Part shown: positions 53,901 to 61,861 of the stretch, piece after piece
How positions within the stretch are numbered: position 1 is the first letter of the stretch
How the letters are laid out: each line of letters begins with the position of its first letter
NCBI GenBank assembly: GCA_942492885.1
Contig: OW818651.1
Location: 2,306,959-2,370,958, forward strand
Reading direction: 5' to 3'
DNA length: 64,000 bases
Origin: an uncultured Eubacteriales bacterium
GTDB lineage: Bacteria > Bacillota > Clostridia > Christensenellales > CAG-138
Translations under genes and position numbers: made by a program
The notes under the pieces: generated by a model
What the model was told of the DNA's origin: nothing
Database searches by the model: none
The model's input: the letters and a program-made list of their open reading frames with translations, nothing else

Positions 53901-54326
53901 ACCCGCGAGCAAATGAGCTGTCGGTTTTCCCTCAAACCCAAAGAAGAGGTGGCGTACGGATCACTGGCAGACTTTCCGACGGGATTTGTTGCGGAAGAAG
54001 GTGGTCCAACGCAGCAAGTGACGTTTGGCGGAGCAAGTATCAATGCAGACGATTCGGGTGCGTTCCATCCGTTGCACTACATCACGACGAATATTAATAC
54101 GGACTCAAAAGAGTTTGCAAACTTCATGCATGAATACAGAAGGATTGCATCGCAAAGCTTCGGTTGGGAGTTTTTCGAGAATGAGTATGACCTGAAAATT
54201 CTGTCAAACGGCGGGGTAAATGCGGCAATCAATCGACATCAGCCGGACAACGGATACTTCCTGAACGCTGTCGAGGTGGTCGCTGGATTCTATCTGGGTA
54301 ACGACAAGAAGGACTTAGCGAACTAA
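50997..54326 (+). CDS. 1109-aa protein: unknown N-terminal ~500 aa plus Hsp70/actin-fold (ASKHA) ATPase domain (gene 4)
   Basis: The ordered Hsp70 NBD motif series is present: SIDFGTSATT (phosphate-1), ITASYPLSFE (VPAYF-like), ITESEAVYRY (EPTAA-like), YFVIDIGGGSTDMF (phosphate-2), LLFAGNGSKM (adenosine), KPKEEVAYGSL (NPDEAVA-like). Confidence 0.65.
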   Translation: MSFYHWFSSHPNEIDLSGGIYKMQDIAKELRIVDAKQEARPKQTDFRRISSVPDIWSQHRLFEMLLLNKAEDPSYLEYEAIAKREWRAMVALLVLAESYGVKVHTKQIRFSDSVSSAYLRAAYSTRPNSDRWPSMEIYYIEAGDMQYPIAMSSPTVHVIPTKDAWRNLRMVYPGRIPWITDNQVHSPVLDDDGRATPFQLGEKEADKTPALMPVHALMLQRWLMKYRDDLAAQQRLQGAAATLQSVRLLSDYEKALSEAFRLEAQRMPNMMSFFTAAEQQDGMKIGDLHVPKNLRIFLDRAFYSVIDQASSLPEVLDTHRFAGGIGKECLVSKKQLDGKWTHFFVTMPVTGEFWKLWHDNEDLIPEYHLTCTFSPDGVRVDKIKASIVIGDITFSKTYSVAQIDSDPWRNLCVAGIWPRQKISDWKDYYLFCNAINGYRVEPEHEDMITYEKTYSDKEGLEGTLNYYKLNRAPESCKLFKDNKLIGFMQVRERQMILPGEKTSVYRASIDFGTSATTLYGGVDDNEPGKISGMNMWSLPLMNTIDGAGIETSRLERYFFPPLPVPLHKVSLKQSRAEATTVPFGILLKSAADVKAYPDCIPLQTVLADALDTNGPRQMLADSWIFFRAFMQARTIVLWPKLHSNLKWDQSSQLNQYRVQTILTEIMMMVALEARVNHCGSLSITASYPLSFEISMRDSYFEALNAMLDITATLTGLKVVPPPVSDNKPITKIAPLVGSITESEAVYRYSVAQDSYNQNYFVIDIGGGSTDMFLSLIDDNHRRNSYSTSLGFGARAVLINKLRQNGNLLLHRLVHESDLVKTSAVRDYGRFILERTSSFGHSFVEDLFSMRIERDLNNPASAGAPENYGEMFINTCAASNLDPAQVKNDPQAHKEGVSFLELKKRIAFFLAASVWLSGLMIRGGQNTGMNVSLLFAGNGSKMIRWLSPDLDRIRYFITLMFQQASGTAITREQMSCRFSLKPKEEVAYGSLADFPTGFVAEEGGPTQQVTFGGASINADDSGAFHPLHYITTNINTDSKEFANFMHEYRRIASQSFGWEFFENEYDLKILSNGGVNAAINRHQPDNGYFLNAVEVVAGFYLGNDKKDLAN

Positions 54327-54341
54327 GAAAGGAGCAACGAA

Positions 54342-55631
54342 TTGAAACGCAAACATAGATTACTCGCAATCGGCGCGATGGCGCTGCTGCTACTTGCGCT
54401 GTGCCTACCCGTTCTGTCGGGCGCGCTCGCGGCGGAAGAGGAGAAGCCGCTGATCGTGCCCATCGGGAAGAATACTGAGGTGTTGGGTGAGGACGGTCTG
54501 CCAATCGGTACGCTCAAGTCCAATCAAACGTTCGTGCCGGTGAGTGGCGAGAGCCCATACGACGTGATCGTGATCTACGACCAAGCAGCGGCAAACAAAG
54601 CCGCAAAGAGCGAAATCATCGCGGGAATGGCACTGGTGCTCTTAAGCTATGCGGACGCGGCAGAAGCAACGGAGCCAACGACAGAGACTGCCGGAGCAAA
54701 TCTGCCAACACAGGGTTGGATTGATGCAAACCTCGTCGTAATCGCTTTGTCAGCGCAACACGCGGTAGATGCAAACACGATAGCATCGAAAGAAGCGGAA
54801 ATTGTTTCCTTGAAGAATGCTGCTGACGAACCCGGCGGCAATAGCGGCGAGAACGGTAACGTGCCAACAGATATAAAATCCTCCGGCATCTTCAGCGCGG
54901 AAAAGATGGAAGTCTGGGTTCCGGTTGCGGCAATCGCGCTTGGGGTGCTCGGTATCGGTCTACTGGCATGGCTTGCGATATCGACAGCAACGACTGCTTG
55001 GGACACGGAGAGCCAAACAAGACTGCTCACGAAGATGAACGACCAGCTTTCTGCCGGGTTGAAAGCAATCTCTCCGCTGAAAGTCGAGCAGTTCGCTTGG
55101 CCGCGAGAGGGGCACGTAAAGCTCGCGCCGGACATAATAGAGCAGCTAGCGGCGGTTGCCGGGCAAAACAGCGCTTACAGTGCGCGTTATCAGGAGCCTG
55201 AGGTTCCAGTAGTGGTTGAACCCGTCCGGATTCCGGAAGGCGAGGAGCCCGACCTGCTCCAACTCGCAAACAGTCTTGCGGGGGTTGCCTCCGCCGCCGA
55301 ATGGCACGCGTTGGTGCGGGATGCGGGTTGGCGCGCGGTTCTCCTGCAGGCAAACCCAACGGAGAAGGGCACCTACATAGCAGACGACAGCGGATACTCC
55401 ATCATCGGTTGCCTGATGCGCACACAGGATGCGGAGCTTGCCTACGTTGTGCCGTCCTATCAGGACCCCAACGCCAGCGAACAGCGTTGGGGTGAGTTTT
55501 ACGCCGTAAGTGAAGATATGTCGGTGAGAAACTATCGCGTAGATGCGCTGGCCGTGATGTATATCGAGCGGGGCACCTTCTTCCTGCAAAAGTCGAAAGG
55601 CAAGCTTACGCGCAGACCGCAGCGTTTCTGA
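54342..55631 (+). CDS. bitopic membrane protein with signal peptide (gene 5)
   Basis: TTG start 7 nt after AAAGGAG. N-terminal signal sequence, one internal TM (VWVPVAAIALGVLGIGLLAWLAI), and a ~200-aa C-terminal domain of unknown family. Confidence 0.55.
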   Translation: MKRKHRLLAIGAMALLLLALCLPVLSGALAAEEEKPLIVPIGKNTEVLGEDGLPIGTLKSNQTFVPVSGESPYDVIVIYDQAAANKAAKSEIIAGMALVLLSYADAAEATEPTTETAGANLPTQGWIDANLVVIALSAQHAVDANTIASKEAEIVSLKNAADEPGGNSGENGNVPTDIKSSGIFSAEKMEVWVPVAAIALGVLGIGLLAWLAISTATTAWDTESQTRLLTKMNDQLSAGLKAISPLKVEQFAWPREGHVKLAPDIIEQLAAVAGQNSAYSARYQEPEVPVVVEPVRIPEGEEPDLLQLANSLAGVASAAEWHALVRDAGWRAVLLQANPTEKGTYIADDSGYSIIGCLMRTQDAELAYVVPSYQDPNASEQRWGEFYAVSEDMSVRNYRVDALAVMYIERGTFFLQKSKGKLTRRPQRF

Positions 55632-55672
55632 AGAATCATATTACAACAACTTTGTTTGAAGAACGATACATG

Positions 55673-55698
55673 CAAAGCCGCCTATCAGGGCGGCTTTG
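55673..55698 (+). terminator. terminator of the five-gene operon
   Basis: CAAAGCCGCC / TATCA / GGGCGGCTTTG hairpin followed by TGTGTT. A second hairpin (55709-55735) with a T-run on the minus strand serves the convergent gene. Confidence 0.6.
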
Positions 55699-55763
55699 TG
55701 TTGCGCACAAAAAAGCCACCCGAAAGCGAGTGGCTCAGTAGCGCAAAAGGATGAAAATCCCGT

Positions 55764-56735
55764 TTACCGCCGCAGCAACAGCGCCGCGACACACAGGCCG
55801 CTCACAAGCGCCTGAATGATCGCGAAGCGATAACCAACCTGCGTGTCCGACCAGCCCATGTTCTTGCGCGCATGGTCGTGTAAGGGCGTGCGAACGGACT
55901 TAAGGAAGCTCTTGATCTTAGTGAGCCGGATGAACAGCAGCTTAAACAGCCCGATGCCGCCGTCGAGGATGATCACCAGCACGACGGGGATGAAGTACAT
56001 GAGGTTATAGGTTTTCAGCGCCATGATGCCGAGGAAGATGCCGATCATACGCGAGCCCGCGTCGCCCATGATGATCAGGCTCGGCGAGGCGTTAAACGCG
56101 AGGTAGGCCAGCAGCGACGCGATGAAGATAAAGCACATCTGCGCGAGGTCGGTGGAGTCGCCCATCAGCAGGAAGACCGCCGCAAACGTCGCAAGAGACA
56201 CGATGGAGACGCTGCCTAAAAGTCCGTCCACGCCGTCCGTACAGTTGGTGAAATTGATCGAAACCCAGAGTACGAACGTCGCCACGAGCAGAAACAGCCA
56301 CGGCGGCAGCACGAGTGTCCAGCCAAAGAGCGCGAGGCTGTGCGACGCGTTGAAGACGAGATACGTTCCCGCGGCGAACAGGCAAACGGCGAGGTCTAAA
56401 AGCCCCTTCTTCCATTCGCTCCAGGAGGCGGAACTGCGGTCGTCCAGATAGCCCGAGAGCATCTCTAAAAGAAACAGCGCGCAATAGATCACATATTCCC
56501 AGCGAAACGGAACGAACACAAGAAACACCAGCACGCTGCTGATGCTGAAGATCATCCCGGCACCGCGCGGTTTTCCCTTGGCGAGATCACCGTTGACGGC
56601 ATGCTTTCTGCCCTGGTCTTTGGGCAGGCGAGCGATGCCGATTTTGATTGCAACAAACGTGAGGATAAACGCGGCGAGAACGCTCACGAGCATCCAGGAA
56701 AGATCATAGGAAATCGGAAATAACGAATAGAGCAT
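55764..56735 (-). CDS. glycosyltransferase family 4 polyprenyl-phosphate sugar-phosphate transferase (MraY/WecA-like)
   Basis: NFTNCTDGVDGL motif and about 10 hydrophobic segments. 323 aa. Lacks a clear MraY-specific HxxKxGTPTMGG, so it is not called mraY. Confidence 0.75.
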   Translation of the reverse strand: MLYSLFPISYDLSWMLVSVLAAFILTFVAIKIGIARLPKDQGRKHAVNGDLAKGKPRGAGMIFSISSVLVFLVFVPFRWEYVIYCALFLLEMLSGYLDDRSSASWSEWKKGLLDLAVCLFAAGTYLVFNASHSLALFGWTLVLPPWLFLLVATFVLWVSINFTNCTDGVDGLLGSVSIVSLATFAAVFLLMGDSTDLAQMCFIFIASLLAYLAFNASPSLIIMGDAGSRMIGIFLGIMALKTYNLMYFIPVVLVIILDGGIGLFKLLFIRLTKIKSFLKSVRTPLHDHARKNMGWSDTQVGYRFAIIQALVSGLCVAALLLRR

Positions 56736-56922
56736 GCATTACTCTCCCAACAAGAATAGCAATAGTATACCCTTTTACGCCGCGAAGCGCAATTCTTTCG
56801 CGGTTTTCCGGCGGCACAGTTCGCCTTCCGGAGCAAAAAAAGCCTGCCGCGCACATGCAATTACTGTCTATCACAGCGCGGATAGGATATAATCAAACCA
56901 TCGAAAAGATCGGAGAAGTGTT

Positions 56923-57897
56923 ATGCGTTGGTGGATGATAGTGCTTCTGGTGTTGATTCTGGTCGTGCTTGTTGTGTGGATCGTCTCCTCCAATAACACG
57001 TTCCTGCAACGCGAGTTTATTCGCGCGCTCTGCTCCGGCAACGCGGGCGTGAAGCCAAACGACTACGATGCGGTGCTCACGAAGATCGACACGCTGGGCA
57101 CAGACGTTTCGTATGAGAGCGCGTTTGACAACGGCATGCTGGACGTCTTCGCCGCAAAGGGCACGGAACCTCTGCCACTGATCGTTTACGCGCACGGCGG
57201 CTATTATGTCGGCGACGATAAAGGCGACTTCGCCTACTATTGTCAGACGCTCGCCAGCCGGGGCTATGTGGTCGCCAACATCAACTACCAGCTAGCTCCC
57301 GAGGGGCGGTTTCCCACGCAGATGTTGCAGGTCAACGAGGCGATTGCCTTCCTGCTCTCGCACGCGGAAGAATACCGCATCGACACGCAGAGAATCTTCA
57401 TCGGCGGGGACAGCGCAGGCGGGCACTTGAGCTCCCAGATGGGGCTTTACTACACCAACCCCGCGTTTCAGGCGCGCATCGGCGGCACGCCCGCGATTGC
57501 CAAGGAGCAGCTCAAGGGCGTGATTCTGCACTGCGGCTACTACAATATCGACACCCTGCGCGCAACGGGTTTTCCGCTGATTGCGGATTCCGTGTGGATG
57601 ATGACGGGAGAAAAGCATTACGAGGGAACCGAGGCGGCAAACAGCATGAATACCGTCGCCTGGGTGACGGCGGATTATCCTGCTACGTTCATCGACTGCG
57701 GGGATAAGGATTCGTTCCTTTCGCAGGCGCAGGAGATGATTGCCGCGCTGGAGGGGCAGGGGGTTGAGGTTGTGAGCTTCCTGCCGACGACGACGAAATT
57801 CCCGCTGATGCATGAGTTTCAGGTGCGGTTGAATATGGCGGAGGGGCAGGAGGCGCTGGAGGAGTTGGCGGGGTTTTTGGGAGAGAAGAGTAAATAA
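56923..57897 (+). CDS. alpha/beta hydrolase, HSL-type esterase/lipase with N-terminal membrane anchor
   Basis: Oxyanion HGGYY and nucleophile elbow GDSAGG. N-terminal hydrophobic helix. Confidence 0.8.
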   Translation: MRWWMIVLLVLILVVLVVWIVSSNNTFLQREFIRALCSGNAGVKPNDYDAVLTKIDTLGTDVSYESAFDNGMLDVFAAKGTEPLPLIVYAHGGYYVGDDKGDFAYYCQTLASRGYVVANINYQLAPEGRFPTQMLQVNEAIAFLLSHAEEYRIDTQRIFIGGDSAGGHLSSQMGLYYTNPAFQARIGGTPAIAKEQLKGVILHCGYYNIDTLRATGFPLIADSVWMMTGEKHYEGTEAANSMNTVAWVTADYPATFIDCGDKDSFLSQAQEMIAALEGQGVEVVSFLPTTTKFPLMHEFQVRLNMAEGQEALEELAGFLGEKSK

Positions 57898-58051
57898 TAG
57901 TTTGAGATATGAAATAAGCGCGTCGGTCGTGTGATCGGCGCGCTATTGTTTGTTCTAATATTTACAAGTTTATGAATGTACAAAAAAACTATTTGAAATT
58001 ACACGTTGAAATGGTAGTATGTTCTTGTATGTTTAAATAGGAGGGTTAGTT

Positions 58052-58795
58052 ATGAATCAACCCCTTGTTATTACTGACGAATCTTATCAAATTGCCTGGG
58101 CAAAAGCTATAATCGAGTTGAAGAGAAATAATTGGGACATATGGAACTTGGTAGTTCAAATTAAGAATCCGACCCTAAATGACGATCGAATCACTGGCAT
58201 TTTGTGTGAGTTTGCTGGAACACACGGGTTAATTACTCCTGAACATGTAGAACATACGATTTTTCCAACTCGGTTGTATCGAAAATACCCTGAAAAGGCA
58301 TTGCTTTACAGAGCATATAAGAAGTATTTTACGCTGACGAGAAAAATGGATCACAGTGGGTGGGGCACATACTTTCAAAGTATGATTCATTATCCGACTG
58401 AAAATGGATACATTGATCAGTTGGGTAATATTATTGAGAAAATCAATGAAAGGCCAATTACATATAAAACTGCATATGTCATGCTAATACCTGAACCAGA
58501 GAGAGATCGTAATAAGATAATGGCAGCTCCGTGCCTGAACTATGTTGCCCTGCAACTTGAGAATGAAGAAGAAGCAAGGCACGGAAGACAAATAAGTTTA
58601 CTAGCAGTATATCGAAATCACGATTTTATGCATCGTGCATTTGGCAATTATCTTGGTCTATGTAGTCTCCTGAAATATATATGTGCGGAGACTGATTCTA
58701 CAATCGGTTGTATCACTTGTATCTCTTCGCATGCGTTTGTTGAGAATCAAAAAAACGAGCTAATAGCTATAGCAAGAGAGATTACCAGAGGATAA
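58052..58795 (+). CDS. thymidylate-synthase-fold (ThyA/dCMP-hydroxymethylase-like) enzyme
   Basis: YIDQLGNIIEKINERP aligns with ThyA HIDQITTVLNQLKNDP. MAAPCLNYVALQL aligns with LAPCHAFFQFYV (catalytic Cys). LLAVYRNHDFMHRAFGNYLGLCSLLKYICAE aligns with [30 protein letters not shown]. The N-terminal part is divergent. AGGAGGG RBS. Confidence 0.6.
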   Translation: MNQPLVITDESYQIAWAKAIIELKRNNWDIWNLVVQIKNPTLNDDRITGILCEFAGTHGLITPEHVEHTIFPTRLYRKYPEKALLYRAYKKYFTLTRKMDHSGWGTYFQSMIHYPTENGYIDQLGNIIEKINERPITYKTAYVMLIPEPERDRNKIMAAPCLNYVALQLENEEEARHGRQISLLAVYRNHDFMHRAFGNYLGLCSLLKYICAETDSTIGCITCISSHAFVENQKNELIAIAREITRG

Positions 58796-58796
58796 A

Positions 58797-59837
58797 ATGG
58801 AAAATTATACTTTAAGAGAATTAAAAATAGAGGTTACACATCGATGCCCGTTAGCTTGCGTTCATTGCTCCAGTAATGCTCATTCGGAAAACACAAGAGA
58901 AATGCCGTATGATAAGTGCCTTGAAATAATTCATAATGCACATCAAATGGGTGTTAAAGAAATTGCTTTTTCTGGTGGAGAGCCTTTATGTTGGAACGGA
59001 ATCGTAGAAGCTGTGAAGGTTGCACATGATATGGGCATCAAAACAGTGATGTACTCTTCGGGTAATGCAAATAATGCCAAAGCAATCTTTGAAGAACTAA
59101 CCAAAGCAGGATTACAAAAAATCGTGTTTAGCATATATTCGTGCGATGAGGCGGAGCACAATAAAATAACCCGAATTGCAGATAGCTTTCAAAATACTAT
59201 TAGTGCAATCGAATGCGTTAAGAACTTAGGAATACAGCCGGAAGTTCATTTTGTGGCATTAGCAAGTAACTATAAAAGCATAGAGAAGTTAGTGTACTAT
59301 CTTAAATCAATTGGAGTGGATCGTACAAGCATATTAAGATTTGTCCCGCAAGGTAGAGGAAGATTGATTCATAAGCAAGGAGTTATGACAAAGAAGCAAA
59401 GCCTTGAGTTGTCCCGAATGATAAAAAGACTTTGGGAGAAAGGATTCGACATTAGGACAGGTTCACCTTATAATGTTTTACTGATTAATGAAGAACCCAA
59501 ATGCATGGCAGCAAAAGATAGAATGATAATATCACCAGATTTGGATGTCTTTCCTTGCGATGCGTTTAAGCAAATTACAGCAGAGCAAATTACGACCCCA
59601 GTGAAGTTTTCAAACTTAGGCGAGGCTACACTACAAGAGTGCTGGGATAATTCATCTTACTTTCGAGAGGTACGGAAAGCTCTTAGCGAAATCACAGAAC
59701 CACCGTGCGTAAGCTGTGGAGCAAATAAAAAATGTCTTTCGGGCTGTCTGGCGCAAAAGTTTTTGGAGTATAATACACTATACAAGAATCCTGACCCTGC
59801 TTGTCTGCTTGGAGGAGATTGTGGTGGTATACAGTAA
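58797..59837 (+). CDS. radical SAM enzyme with C-terminal SPASM domain
   Basis: CPLACVHC (CX3CX2C). C-terminal CVSCGANKKCLSGC (CX2CX5CX3C) plus upstream Cys residues. Starts 1 nt after the stop of the previous gene. Confidence 0.85.
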   Translation: MENYTLRELKIEVTHRCPLACVHCSSNAHSENTREMPYDKCLEIIHNAHQMGVKEIAFSGGEPLCWNGIVEAVKVAHDMGIKTVMYSSGNANNAKAIFEELTKAGLQKIVFSIYSCDEAEHNKITRIADSFQNTISAIECVKNLGIQPEVHFVALASNYKSIEKLVYYLKSIGVDRTSILRFVPQGRGRLIHKQGVMTKKQSLELSRMIKRLWEKGFDIRTGSPYNVLLINEEPKCMAAKDRMIISPDLDVFPCDAFKQITAEQITTPVKFSNLGEATLQECWDNSSYFREVRKALSEITEPPCVSCGANKKCLSGCLAQKFLEYNTLYKNPDPACLLGGDCGGIQ

Positions 59838-61017
59838 AACAGCTTTCTTCAACGATTTTACATCTTCAGTGCAGAGGTGTAATCTTTGCGAAAGAATGTG
59901 TGATAGAAAAAAAGTATTATCTTCAGTTAATGGCAACATTAATTCTAAAGTCATGTTCATTGCAGAAGCTCCTGGACGGTTAGGCGCGGAATGCACAGGA
60001 ATACCATTGTATGGAGACAGAACTGGCGAGAATTTCGAAACGCTACTTGCCAATATAGGATGGAGCAGAGATGATGTCTTCATAACCAACGCAATCTTGT
60101 GTAATCCGCAAGATGAAGATGGAAATAATGCAACACCAACTGCCAAGGAAATATCAAATTGTAGCTATTTTCTATCGATGACGATCGAACTTATTAATCC
60201 CGAAATCGTTGTTACTTTGGGTATCAAAGCACTTGAAGCTATTAAGTATATCGATCAGCACGACTATACTTTACGGGAAAGCGTTGCAAGCTTGCAGCCT
60301 TGGAACAAGAGATTCCTATACCCTTTATACCATATGAGTCCCCGTGCAGCTATTCATAGGTCAATGATTCAACAACGTGCTGATTTCATTAAGTTGTCGC
60401 ATGCTGTATCACCCACCGAAGGTATCAAGAAGAAAGCAACCTCAACACCCAAACGGAGTGCAAGCCTAAATACAAATGTACGATTATTAGATATGATAGC
60501 AACTATTGTTGCGGAAGCGAAATTAGTTTCCTTTTTTAAGCTTACTAAGCTGCTTTATCTAATTGATCTTAAATATTTACAGCAATTTGGAGAGTCAATT
60601 TCTGGTGGTATTTATTTAAGAATGCAGGAAGGTCCGTGGATTCCATCTTTAAAGAATATTATCAATGATTATAATCATGAGTTGTTTGAGCTGAATTTTG
60701 TTGCAAGAAAACCGATTCTTTGCACAATAGATAATTTCTATGAAACAGGTCTGAGCGAAGTTGAAAGCGAATTTATTCTGGATATAGTTAGAACGTATTC
60801 AACAGTTGACGACGCAGGAATGAAGCTTGTTGTTTATCATACGAAACCAATGAAATATATTCTAAATGCTGAGAGAGAACGTCGGAACATGTTGAAAACC
60901 CCAGTTCTATATAAAAACTGTACTGTGATTGACATTGATCAGAGAAACAATAATACGAGCGTTGCACCCCCCACTCCACGACCCGTAGACCCCACCACCA
61001 CCTCCACTGATGTATAA
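59821..61017 (+). CDS. family-4-UDG-like domain fused to Panacea/DUF4065 domain
   Basis: N-terminal half: CNLCERMC, MFIAEAPG (GEAPG-type motif A), FITNAILCNP, YHMSPRA (HPS-type motif B). C-terminal half: FFKLTKLLYLIDLKYLQQFGESISGGIYLRMQEGPWIP is typical of DUF4065/SocA-like. GTG start 59821 follows GGAGG (59811-59815) and overlaps the upstream stop by 17 nt. The last 17 codons lie in the 85-bp repeat. Confidence 0.6.
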   Translation: MVVYSKTAFFNDFTSSVQRCNLCERMCDRKKVLSSVNGNINSKVMFIAEAPGRLGAECTGIPLYGDRTGENFETLLANIGWSRDDVFITNAILCNPQDEDGNNATPTAKEISNCSYFLSMTIELINPEIVVTLGIKALEAIKYIDQHDYTLRESVASLQPWNKRFLYPLYHMSPRAAIHRSMIQQRADFIKLSHAVSPTEGIKKKATSTPKRSASLNTNVRLLDMIATIVAEAKLVSFFKLTKLLYLIDLKYLQQFGESISGGIYLRMQEGPWIPSLKNIINDYNHELFELNFVARKPILCTIDNFYETGLSEVESEFILDIVRTYSTVDDAGMKLVVYHTKPMKYILNAERERRNMLKTPVLYKNCTVIDIDQRNNNTSVAPPTPRPVDPTTTSTDV

Positions 61018-61051
61018 TATCCTTGTCGACGCACGCACATGAAAAATCCCC
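60967..61051. repeat. 85-bp direct repeat, copy 1
   Basis: CCCCCCACTCCACGACCCGTAGACCCCACCACCACCTCCACTGATGTATAATATCCTTGTCGACGCACGCACATGAAAAATCCCC. GC-rich relative to its surroundings. Confidence 0.9.
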
Positions 61052-61216
61052 ATAAGAATGCATGCCAAAGTAACGAACCGAGACGCGGGATAAGTCGAAA
61101 GTTATTAACGTTTAAAGCTTTGAAAACGCATGAAAAAGGAGCAACCTTTCGATTGCTCCCAGAGGGTGCTAATCAGCTGTTTGTTTTGTGTTACAACGAT
61201 GCACTCCTTAGTATGT

Positions 61217-61780
61217 TTACTTCTTATATCCGCACTTGGGACATGCGCCGTTTTCGTTTAGAGCAATACCGCACAACGGGCAGCGGTCAATGGCGTTGTG
61301 AGTTTCGAATACTTCGGAAGCCGCGTTAACGCCGCTTGTGAAGGTCAGCTTGGCAATGTTCAGCTTGTCCTTCAGCAAATCATACACAATCTTGATCATG
61401 CCTTCAACGGTCATAGTCTCTTTGGTTACAACCAAACGGCATTCCGGATATGCGGTTGCAAGCGCGGTTTTGAAGGCGGGTCCCTTCATTTTGTTGGTCG
61501 GGGCACCATCTTTAATCCCCTGCTTCTCATAAACATCGAGGATCGCAGGTAACAGGGGATCATCTTCGCGGAGGATCAGCGCATGGTCGAAGTTTCTCAG
61601 CACATCCCACGCGGTCTTCTGAATTTCATTGCAGGGGAAAACCATGTTGACACCGGTATTGACGGAATCTTCCACCTCGATCGTCAGAATGCCGGTGTGC
61701 CCATGTAAGTACTGTGCTTCGCCTTTGAATCCATAGAATCTATGCGCGTACTGTAGGTCTAGCGTTGTGATACTTCTCAT
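61217..61780 (-). CDS. 6-pyruvoyl-tetrahydropterin synthase / QueD-fold protein with C-terminal zinc ribbon
   Basis: YAHRFYGFKGEAQYLHGHTGILTIEVE...NFDHALIL matches the PTPS/QueD pattern (aaH...c..lHGH.y.v.v...lDH..L). An appended CPLCG...CPKCG follows. AGGAG RBS. Confidence 0.7.
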   Translation of the reverse strand: MRSITTLDLQYAHRFYGFKGEAQYLHGHTGILTIEVEDSVNTGVNMVFPCNEIQKTAWDVLRNFDHALILREDDPLLPAILDVYEKQGIKDGAPTNKMKGPAFKTALATAYPECRLVVTKETMTVEGMIKIVYDLLKDKLNIAKLTFTSGVNAASEVFETHNAIDRCPLCGIALNENGACPKCGYKK

Positions 61781-61861
61781 AGCTTTTCTCCTTATATATT
61801 ATTTACGGGGTTATTCCATGCTCCCGTATACGCATCGATCATACTGATCCGGAATTAGTTG

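Noticed and set aside
59716-59820. Upstream ATG start (MEQIKNVF…) for the UDG-like gene
   Set aside because: It would overlap the radical-SAM gene by 122 nt and lacks an RBS. GTG 59821 follows GGAGG and still retains the N-terminal CxxC motif.
61039-61329. 96-aa plus-strand ORF starting MKNPHKNA…
   Set aside because: Its ATG is the copy of the GIY-YIG-upstream ATG carried in repeat copy 1. The ORF runs antisense into the QueD-like gene and has no motifs.
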